Shown: positions 49,239 through 61,090 of the stretch, piece by piece
How the letters are laid out: the number at the start of each line of letters is the position of its first letter
Numbering within the stretch: position 1 is the first letter of the stretch
Assembly: GCA_964199315.1 (NCBI GenBank)
Contig: OZ116703.1
Coordinates: 3,844,001 to 3,908,000 of the forward strand
DNA: 64,000 nt
DNA from: Orbicella franksi
Taxonomy: Eukaryota
Reading direction: 5' to 3'
Made by a program: the position numbers and the translations under genes
The notes under the pieces: model-generated
Database searches by the model: none
What the model was told of the DNA's origin: nothing
What the model saw: only the letters and a program-made list of their open reading frames with translations

Positions 49239-52200
49239 ATGAAATCGTCGAAAGATGTAAAATCGCCCGGGTTAAATGCACATGGAGACAAGCTCATCTC
49301 GTCGACGCAAAGAACGGTGAGATTGTTGGTTCTTTGTATCGGGATTTGTTTATATATAAATACAAAAAAAAAGGCTTTGAAAATGTCCTGAGTGAGAAGC
49401 TAAAGCATTCTCGAAGAGTGTCCTTTAACTGTGTTGCATTCATTGCAATAATTTTTAATTGGTCCTTCATCAAAGCTAGCGCGGCAAGCGCGCAGTGCTC
49501 ATAAATAAGTTAATTTCACACTCATTAGCTTTAGAAGATGATTCTTTGTTTAGCGACGAACACAGGTTTTTTGTTGTTTTACTTGGCTTCTTTCTTTGAA
49601 CATTTCCATTTTTATGGTAACAGGAGAGCTAGCTCTCAGACTATCAGGAATCCAGAAGTTTTTCAAGCGCTAGTTTAGAAGCCAACGCTAATTAACAGAA
49701 CAAATTTTAATAAAGCAGATTAAAGAGTTATGATAGCGTCATTATTGGTATGCAAAACTAATGAAGCATCACCAGATGAAGCTAACAAAAGCAGTAAACT
49801 TTTCTATCTCAGTGAGATTCTTGTATTACAAATGGCTTCCTCTATTGATCTCTCTGTTTTTTTTGCTGTGTTAGAATAGACCCCTTGGAAACTTTCAGGT
49901 TTAGAGTTCTCATCATCACAGAATCAGCTTGCCCAAATTGGCTTTCCCTCACACACACACACACACAAAAATAAACTACAAAAAATAAACTGTAGTGAAA
50001 ACCGTACATTTATTACTGTGGAGTCAACTTTCTATTTTGGATTTACTTTTCTGGCACTCATGTTCCCAAGACGACTCCTGACAAGGTCTGAGAATTGTGG
50101 CTTGCTTTTTGGGTGGATAATTTTTCCGTTAGGATATGGTATTGGCCAGCAAAATGATTTATCAACAAAAGACTTCAACAAAGCAATGCCAACACAAAAC
50201 AGCCATTAACTGAACAGGAAGGAATACAGAGATCTTTCCAGTTCTAATGCAGATCAGCAGGTACTGTCATGAGATGTGAACTCTAAAACACACACTTCTT
50301 TGCCTGCCTCCAGAATGCACCTCCTCTATCCTCACAAGGTCATGGGTCACTTATTTATAGTTATATTTTTTCTTTTTCTTCTAGGTTGGAAAGGGCACTA
50401 TTTCGCCCCGGAAACAAGCGGCAGAGAGGTCTTATCGTAGAGCAATAACACCATTACCTTCTAAACCAGTCTCCGGCATTGGTCATGCTTCGAGACCCCA
50501 GACTTCTTTGGGTCTTTATAATGAAAAGGATGGTATCTTTGACATTGCATCAAATATTTCCAGACCAAACTCTGCATTTGGAAATAACACTTCTCCAAAT
50601 GTCTATAAAATTTCCAGGTACCGTGGTCATTACATTGATGCATTATTTCCATATTTACATAAGAATATTAGTCACGTTGATCTTTTTGTGAAGTGATAAG
50701 ACTCTTTGTTTCCGTAACATATTAGATACTTGATTTTATACTCTGTAGTCCTAAATAATGTTAAGGCCCAGTTCAGACGTCGTGCTTCTGCTGTGCCAAA
50801 CATAATTGCAATTTGGTTCCACTGTAGCACGGCAAAGAAACAACTCTGATTTAGATGTCATGCCAGAGTCGAACCAAATTCAGCATTTAGCGATGCCTCA
50901 TAGCAATTCTCCTCCTAACTCCCCGTGGGAATGCAATCTCACCAAAATACATTAATATAATTTATGAATTTTGTTTAGTATGGCAAAAGCACGACGTCTG
51001 AATCACAGCCGTGCCAGAGTCGTGTAGCACGACAGAGCTTGTCGAACTTAATTGCTTGCCGAACTTAATGCAAAAGTTTGATTCAGATGCTGTGCTTCTG
51101 CCGTGCTTTTGTCGAACTTAAATCCTGAATTTAGTTTGGCACAGCAAAAGCACGACGTCTGAACTGGGCCTAAGTGAGTAATATTTCATTTGAACAAGTG
51201 GCTGCATAAAGTCACCCAAGCCAGTTTTCACCCCATTTTACTTTCAATTGATCATACATATCTAGGTTCTCCCAAAGGAGACAGGTGTTCACCTGAACCC
51301 TTAAAAAATTTTTTTCGATCTCATTGTCTGCTACATTGTTCTTTTAATAGAATAGCCCTTTAATTCTTCCTTGAAATAATTTATAAATGATCATTTTCCC
51401 CTATACCCCCAAACCCCCAGGAGGCCACCATTGTCGGCTGCCTTTTTTTGCATCACACAGCTACTCATAGCGGTTGTTGTGGTGTTCTGATTTTAATACA
51501 TCATTAATGCATTAGAGCAAAGACTCCATCAAAGGGTAAAAGCACTACCAAGTCCAACAAGAGCTTGCAGAAATCAAAGAAAGCACCTAAAGCTAGAGCT
51601 GTTTGGGAGGACAACACGCCACAGAATGTGCAGTCAACTGATGGTGACACTTTAAGCACAAATGCAACAGATTTGAATGAGCGAAATGACCCTACAAGTA
51701 AGCTTTATTTATGTTATAAAAATCCTGAAGTACAGGTTGTTACATATTTATTCAGTATTGGTTTTACAAAATATAGAGTTTTGGGTTTCATGCGATAAAA
51801 TTGAAAGAGGACTGTGTCAGAAATTTGTACTTGCTTGGTGTTTAAAATGTCTACCCTGGCATAGCCAGTAGTCAGTGGTAAGGATGAATGAGACGGAAGG
51901 TTGAGAATCCAAGAGAATAGGGGAATGTTTAGGAATTGACGTGAAGCAGGATTCCAAAGGGGGCAGGCCAGGAACTGTGAAATATTATAACCACTGGAAA
52001 AATACATCACTATAACTTCAAGAATTAGTAGTCAAGAGTGTCATGCATAGATTGCAAAGTCAAATGCAGGCTTTCATATCCAGGCTCCCACCAATTCCAT
52101 ACAGGTTCAGGAGTCCATTGATGCTCCTGCCAGGTTTTATTCCAGAGTCCTGCGCACTAAGTTTCTTGCCCGTTCTCGTCTTGCTACAAGAATTCAAAAT

Positions 52201-55200
52201 TTCAATCTTGTTCCAGAATATTTTGAGGGCCATGGGTTATGTCAGACAGAATGTTACTTATGCTTGTCAGGCAATTAACCATAATAATTAATATATTATG
52301 AAGTATTATAGGTTTGCAATATTATTGATGCGTGCTAAGAAACAGATTGTATCTCGCATAGATATAGAATGTGTGCTTGTTTCCCATCACATTAATTTTT
52401 GGTATGTGATTTATTGCTCACAAGGTGAGGGTTCTATATCTCAAACCCGGACAACGAGTTCAGTGGACAGAGAGAGATCAACACTACCTCGTCGACGCAC
52501 AGGCTTCAATGCTGGTGCTCTCATTCCTGGCTCTGTTTCTACTATGGTGTCTCTTCCAGAATCAGATGAGGATCAAACTGTGACTACGCTTGCCTCCCCT
52601 TCATTCCAAAGCATGTTAGACGGTGATGCAAGCTCAGAATATGAAACAGATTTGGAGGAAGATTTTCCAGGTAAATCAGAATACATGGATAAACATTTTG
52701 TTGTCTGCTTCCCTCTCCACTCCTTAGCCAAAAGTAGAACAGACCTTGCAGGGGTTTCGTTAATGTGTTTAGCAGGAGGACAACTGGCTTTTGCAGGTAG
52801 GCAAAACTATTTGAACTAAACTTCTTTATCAGAAAAACTTTCCGCCAGATGGTCAAACCAGACAGGCCAAATCGTCCTCACAGTCTGTCAATTCACCCGG
52901 TACTCGGCCCTTAATGAAACCCCTGCCTTGACTGGATCTTTATACGATGCATGGCCAGACTACAGAATTGTGAAAATCAAAATTGTCAATCCACATGTTC
53001 CTGTCAAATGTTATGTCATGCCTCATTTTGTTTTAAACATTGGGGCCATTTATCTTTCCTTGTTAAATTTAACAGTAATATGTTTTTAATTTTTAGTGAC
53101 CAAAAAGGTGTTTGACCCATCAGGAAGAAACGTTTACCACAAGTTGTGCAAAGAGGAAGGTAAGAAACTTGAACTGTAGCAATTAAGACTTAGTAGAAAA
53201 GTGGTATTCACATGATTTTCTTGTGGTGATAATATATTTCTAAAATAATGCTCGTAGCCTTTTATGTAATATATACAATGTCATATACATTCAGTCTTAA
53301 TTAATGTTCACAAGACAAAGAGAACATCTGAGAACCCAACCGGAGTCAAATCCACATGTTGTCCCCATCTAAGGGATTGAACTCATGTGGCATTATCAGT
53401 GTTGATGCTCATCTCTGGTATTGGTACCCTCTCTGGACGTGATGCGAACAAAAAGTTTGAAACAATAATTGTCCTTGGAACACTTGAAAAATGTTGTACC
53501 AAGTGACAATCCCCCATTTGTCGAATATGTCCCCCCCCCTCCCACCCCCTCCACTTCTAACGACAATTATCAGAGTGTGCAGGTCAGACAACTGTCATTT
53601 TCTGGCAAAACAGTGAGGTACCCCAAGACTTAAATTGCCTTGGATTTTTAGGTTATGTGTTTTGACGTAAATGAGAATTTTATTATTTTTGTAAGAATGC
53701 AAAGTCTATTGGTTTTTCCCGACAGATCTTGTTCCAGTTTCGTTTCTGTCAGACCGGTTTAGTTGCAAAGAAGTTATCATGAGGCATCATGGTCTGGGAT
53801 CTCATGGGACATATCCTATTGCCAGAGCTCTTATTGTATGTGCATCATTTGGCGTCCAGTTTTCTTTAATTTTCTCATGTTATGTTCTGACACATGTATG
53901 TAGAAAATTAAAATGTATAATCCTGGATTACACTTTTAAGACATGGAGTACTAGTACCAAGAGTGTTTGCAAATGTAGGGATGGAGTTGAGGCAAGCATA
54001 AAAAAATCACGAACTCGGAAAAAGGGAAGGGCTCTGCGGGAACTGTTTCACTCACTTTCCCCTTTTCAATCTTTCTGTTCACCCTTTCTCAGTGCCACCT
54101 AAGCTACCCTTTGCTCCTCCCCGGGTGTTGCTCATATTAATTCTTGCAATTCCAGAACTACATTTACCTGTAGCAACCTTCTTCCCTTCATTTTTTTTGC
54201 TAGAAAAATACCTTCACAGAGAAGCTAGATTTGACAGACAATTACATAGAAGCAGGTGGGGGAGTGGCACTTGCAAGAATGTTGCTGGATAACTGCTTCA
54301 TCACTGAAATAGTAAGCTTCTACACAGTGCACAGTAAAATAACTCTTACATGAAGCAGCTGCACAGTTACTAGTACATGGTACACGTTGCAGTAAAAGTG
54401 CTATTAATAATGCTGTACTGTAAAACTAGAAGTGCCAGTCGTGTCTTGTTGTGTGAGGTTAACTTCTATGCATGCTCACCCCCTCTAGTAACTCAAGAAG
54501 AAGCCTTAGGAACCACGTGCAGTGTATAGTATCATTGGTAAATTAGTTGGTGAGACACATGCAGTTAGAAGGTTAATGAGAACTGAGATCTATCTGTAGA
54601 TGACAAGAAAAAGTTTGCTGCAGATGTGGATGACCATATACATGGTGATCCATGTGCCTTGATGGTGTACTGATGCACTTCTTGTGATTCCCAATTTTAC
54701 ATTTCTAAGGGGAATTTAATGTAATATATCAAACACGAAAGACCGTGTTTGACCACATTTCCAAACATAGTGAAGAGAGTTGAACATATGATGCGTAGCA
54801 GAGTACATGTGTTTTTGACAAACTTCATGGTGTTTGGAAATGTGGTCAAGTACTGTCTTGAGTGATATATCTTCTCAAATTGAAACTAACACTAAGGGAG
54901 AAAACAGAGAAATAAAATAGTAAAAATTCCATGCTGAATAAGATCAGACATCCAAACACCTTCACAGTCATGATTTCCTTTGTTTAAGCATGATGAATTA
55001 TTAATGAGTTTGAGAAAAGTTTTTGATGGATGGCTTCATTGTTTTGTGTACAGTCTCTAGGAAGGTCTTTCTTACATATGCATGAAAGCATTTCCTCTGC
55101 TCGTTAGACAGCCAGTTGCTTAGGAGGGAGATACAGTATAGCACTTTCTGAAAGAGATGTAAAGACTAGGCAATTGCAGGTAAAGAATAGCGCTGTTCAT

Positions 55201-58200
55201 GTTAATTAAGAGAAGTGGTATGAATTTATATATTCTAAGGTCCTGAAGTAATTTAGCTGGTAGTTGATAAAGCCAGTTGTAATTTCACTGTAAAACATTT
55301 ACTAACTGTCTCAGCTTGTGGTAAGATAGAGAAAAAGATCAAGATGGGAGAACAACTTTTTTTGCATCTTCATACCTTAAATGTTCATTCCTCATAAATT
55401 AATTAATTAATTAATTACTTGATAGCAATAACTGCGTGAAAGAACCTCTGTTAAAAATTATGTTTTAAAATGTAATATACAGTTGTAAGATATGTGTAAA
55501 AATCTTTGTCAGTACATCAGTATTTTAAAAGATAAAATGAAGTTAACAATTATTATGTAACACTTCGTTTATTTCCTTAGTAGCCTAGTATTTAAGGTGA
55601 TTATCAAGTGTATGCAAGGAGCATATTATTTTAGGCTATTAAACTGAATCTCTGTCAATATTTCCTGACAGTTGTTACTGAAATCATGAGTGTTAACAAA
55701 AAGAACTAGCTGGTGAGTTCTATTTAACGTTTTGTCAAGAATACAGTAACTTCTGTTTATTAACTGTTTCATTCATGTTTTAACTTTTAAAAAGTCAAAT
55801 TCACTTGCAGGGCTAAAAAATTATGATTTTGTAAAAATAAATAAATAAACAGCAAATTGTTTATAAAAGATAAAAAATATATTCTTTTTTGTATTCTGAT
55901 AATTTCGGTGAAACATTGCTTTTAGAACACTCCAGAAGATGGAGAAATTTATCTGAGTGCAATTAAGTTAAACATGATAAAGTGATTAAAGAGTTATCTT
56001 AAAGACAAAAAGCGAGATGCTTGGTTAAATTCTTAGAGAGAGGTGAGATAACAATAGGTTTAAATTTTTGGGAACCAGGGTTTGTCAAAGACTTTGATTT
56101 TAAATTTTAATTGTCAATATTTGTTGCGCTTCTCAAACGTGTCATCCCTTACAACTAATTACTTATTTCTTTGCTAGAATTTGTCAGAGAACTTCCTGCG
56201 ATCAGAGGGCGGGATGGCTTTTGCAAGCATGTTACTGAAGAATCAGTCATTAACGAAGCTGGTGTTAAGATGTAAGTAGAAGATAACCAAACCCTAGTAC
56301 AGTTGAACCCCTATTAAATGGCCAGCCCTATTAGGCGGCCAGTAATCGAAGTCATGGGGGCTTTTCTATTGTTTTTACCCCTATTAAACGGCCAGGGGCC
56401 TGTTTCTCGAAAGCCCTGGAAACTTTTCCGGCCCAGAGAGCCATTTTTTACTAGCCTGTATCTAAAAACAGGGAGGAGTATACGCCTGAAACTTTTTGTA
56501 TGAAGAGAACCTCTCGTCATATTAAGAATATGTGAATAAAACAGTTCTGTAATCATAAGGTTTGATATTTTGCTATGGCTTTCCGGGTGCAAAGACTTTT
56601 GAGGACCTTCGAGAAACGAGCCCCAGCCCCCTTTAAGCGGGCACTATCCATTTCCCTGAGGGTTGCCGTTTAATAGGGTTGAACTGTAGTTACGGTTAAT
56701 CTTTTCAGTGCCAAGCTCAAAACGCGGATTCTCATTACCCTTTGCCATGCATAAGCGTCATGCCAATTTTGAGAATTTGGCCCTGATCCCTGCCCTACCT
56801 CTTCTTTTCTTCAATATTTAGTCCAGGTGAACAAATAAGTTACTTAGTTGACTTTATTTTATTTGCTCCCTACTAGCAAATCACTTGACTGACAAAGATG
56901 CCAGAGCATTTGCAGACGCGCTGAAAGAAAATCGCACTCTGACATACTTAGACCTGAGTCATAATGACATTGGGGAGATGGGAGGAATCTATCTAGGAGC
57001 AGGACTGGTAAGAGGAAGTCACCACAGCTGTTATCTAAACCAGCAAAAGTTCCGTACACACTAGAGACGCGTACATCACTTGTAAAAGATTTCCGACGTT
57101 TAATTTTCGCATGATTTTTATATCATTTCGGACAAAAATTTCGGACACTTTGTTGAAACGTACCTAAAGTAAATCTGTGGCAAACAAAAAAACACGAATT
57201 AGATTGAAAAACATCATTGAAAATAATAGTTTTACTGCACCCTAATGGTGTTACAGATACCCCGACGAGAAAATAGCCCAAATTCTATCAAATCGTTACA
57301 CATCTCAAGCAGTGTCTCAACTAGAGATCCCTCCATAAAAGTAACCTAAGAGTTTTGGAGCTATTTAAAAATTTATACTGTACTGTAAATATGTCGGACG
57401 CTTACAACTTAGGACGCTTAAAAATCGGACGGTTTTACTTTCGGACACTTTTTGTGTCCGAAATTAAAATCGTTCGAAATTTTTTGCAAGTATTGTCATC
57501 CATCCAGACAAATTATGCGTCTGCTGTTTTATGTATCTAATTTAAAAACGAGATGAACTATTAGACGCAGGAAGCCCTCAGTTTGCCAGTCAACAAGTAC
57601 AAAAGCAGATAGTTTCTCTTGACAAATTATCACCGCTGCTTCTGCCCGACTAATTGCTAGCACCCATAACCATCAGGAAACAAAAGTCGTCTGATGCTCT
57701 TCCTTATACGCGCCGACAGATTTTCCACGGCAGCCAAGTTCTCTTAGTTCGTCGTTCTTGATGTGTAATCCATGAACATCCCTAATCTATCAGAGCCACT
57801 GACCTCAGTTTGTTTATTTTCTAGGGTATGAACTATGGATTAAAACATCTGGATGTCAGCTGGAATTGTATTAGATTTAAGGGTGCTGTAGGCATGGCAC
57901 AGGGTTTAAAGGTTAGCAAGCCGTTTGTACCACTATCTATTTAGCTCTTTACGGACTTTCATTCATACCCTACAAGAAAAATTTCGAAGAGCCCAAAGGT
58001 TCTTAACCATGAAATCCTGGGTGCCCAGTGCTAAATCTATGAAAAAAGTAAGTTTTTCCAGTCTCTCAAAGTCAAAAGTTAGTCGCCTGTGGCACCCGGC
58101 ACTTCTAGAGCACCACCCTGATCTCATGATATTTCTTAGATTCTAGTGTTTCGTTCAGATGAATCAATCAATCAATCAATCAATTTATTAAAGTCATTGC

Positions 58201-61039
58201 GTGGGATTGAGGTTGCCCTCAGTATCCGAGCCAGAGGCTCATGTATAAAACGCATAACTGAAATAAAAGAGATAAAATTAAATAAATAATAACAAAGTTT
58301 GAATAGTTTTCTTTGTCGACCCGATGTTTATATTTCAGACAAATGATTGTCTGGCTCATCTCAACATATCCTGGAATGGCTTATCTTTGTTGGGCTGTGT
58401 TGCTTTGGGACGATTTTTGAAGAAGAATGAAGCTCTAGAATCACTCGACATCAGGTACTATCAATCATAAGCCCACGAGAGAACTGCAAAAAACTGACAA
58501 TTATTTCATTACTTTTGACAATATTCTCAATTAGTGATTGTGCTGAGAGCTGCAAATGGTTACTCTTTATAGTTTTTGGTTGCAATTCATGAAATTGGAA
58601 GTGCTAGACACCAAGATGTTCATTGATCTGATGTTAACTACATTACTTGCGAAAAATTTCCGACGTTTAATTTTCGGACACTTTTTATCTCATTTTGGAC
58701 AAATTTCGGGCAAAAACTTCGAACACTTTTGGTAAACTTAGCTACTACAATTAAATTTACGTGGAAAGAAGAAAGAGAAAACAAGAAAGAGACTAAGAGA
58801 ACAGCTGTGAAAATGATAGCTAAACTGCTCCCAACGAGCAGAGAGAAAACACCGACGAGAAAATGGTACAAATTATATCAAGTCATTACGTATCTAAAGC
58901 ATGGGGCCCAACTAGAGTTCCTTCCAAAAAGGAAACTAATAGCTTTGGAGTTACTTAAAAGCTTAACACTGTACTGGAAATATTTCGGACGCTTAAAAAT
59001 TTTGTACTGTTTTATTTTCGGACACTTTTTTGTCCGAAATTAAAATCGTCCGAAATTTTTAGCAGGTAATTTATTCTGCACACTCTTTTTTGTCTATTTA
59101 TTTTTTCGTTCCTCCATTCCTCTAACCTCTGTCTTTTCTAGTTTGCGATCTTTTTTTTGTCAAATCACGGATTCGCAATTATCATTATTTGTAATGATAA
59201 CATTGTATCTTCATTTAGTAACAATCGTATTGGATTGCTCGCAACTCAGAAGCTTGCCCTTGGAATAGCTTCTCATCCAAATCTCAAGGTCCTGAAGGTG
59301 AGAAAAATTTTCAATTTCTTCAAACAACGCCATATTTAAGTAAGCTTATTCAGCTGAACAGCTTTCGTTTGAATGGTGGCATTGTAGGGCTGTCACTAAG
59401 GGTCGAAACCCGTAATACCTGTTAAGGTTTAGTATGCTTGATAGGCCCTTGATGTTACGGGTGAACTTGTCTGTTTTTGATACAGCTATCCCACAGTTTA
59501 AGTTTGTTTTTACAGGTGTGAAGATTAAGGCAATAGGTGACTCAAAACATAATGGGAGTCTGACATTGTAGCCTAGGGGGAAGCCTAGGGTTTAATCCAC
59601 ACACTTAAAAGCTCGAACCATCTTTTAGGATATTGAGGCAACATTTTGTCAAGCGCGGGAAAATATGCACCCAGTGTCAAGCGCGGGAAAACGCGTTTCT
59701 ACCCTGATTGGTCGAAAAAACACTATGTCTCCTCTGATTGGCTACAGCTCTGTTGCGGTATTCTGCAAAACATAGGCGAAAACAGATATCAGTGTCGCTT
59801 TAAAAAGTCTTCTTTTTCCAAGTGAGTAAACATGTTACTTTTGATTTTCATTGAAGATAGGGAAGAATCCAATAGGTGATGGAGGTGTAGAAACACTATT
59901 GAATGTCGTCAAAGCACATCGAACCATCAAGTTCTTGTCTCTTGAGGTATGTTTATGAAAAAAAAAAAAAATTGAGATTCTGAGCATTCTGAAACTGTTA
60001 TAAAACTAGTAACGAATATTGTACGTAAGGATCAAAATAAATTTGCATCTGTCCTCGTTCCTGATAAGTTTCTGGATTTCTGTTTTCAAAAATTGACAAA
60101 GCACGCGGATTGGGACAGGCGTTGCCTAGTAAAATAACGTATCGCCATGACTACAAGCTAACGGGACAAGCTAACGACCCATTAATTTTCCTTGGCCCAG
60201 AAAATTGAAACTGAATTTTTCCGCTGTAACAATTGGCGAAGGAATAAACACAAGTCGGACAAGGTCGCGCAGCAGCCCTCGGGGGCAGAAATTTAAGAAT
60301 TTTTTTTTCTGGATATCGAGGATCTGCGGACTGCGCACAGACCAGGGCCCGTTTCTCGAAGGTCCCAAATGTTTTTGCACTCGGAAACTGAGCCATAGTA
60401 AAATCTTCCACTCTTATGATTACAGAGCTGTTTTATTCACATATTTTTAATATGAACAGATGTTCTCTTCATACAAGAAGTTGCAGGCGTATACAACTCT
60501 CTGTTTTTAGATTCAGGTTAATTAGAAAATGGTCCGAAATTTTCCGGAGCTTTCGAGAAATAGGCCCCCAGCTGCAGACCTTCTTCTGCCTTTCAAATGT
60601 AAAAGTTAGGTTGTCAGTGCATGATATATCCAGGAAAGGTTGGCTCACTCTATTTAGTTAAGCAAGCAGCTGAAAAAAGTTATCAGATATTGCGAAATTA
60701 CACACGTCGTTATTATCAATCAAACTTACTATTTTGACAGAAGATAAATTATCCATAATTGATCAAGACAGCCATTTCCAATGGCAATTTAGCGTTTCAG
60801 TTTAAAAGAAAAGGTTTTTGGACTATTTATTCTTGCAGTGAGATTTTTTTCGGTGTAATTTAGCTTTTCGCGCTTTTTTCGCGTAATTTAGCTTTTATTT
60901 TTAAGAAAACTTACTATTCTTAGCGATTTTTACTTTTTATTACTTTCTTAAATGCACATTTTTATTTATTAAGATTAGTACAGCTCATTTTGGCGAATTG
61001 TACAGCGCCTAGAGCAGGCATGGATAGGCGCTATATAAA

Positions 61040-61090
<51 letters not shown>

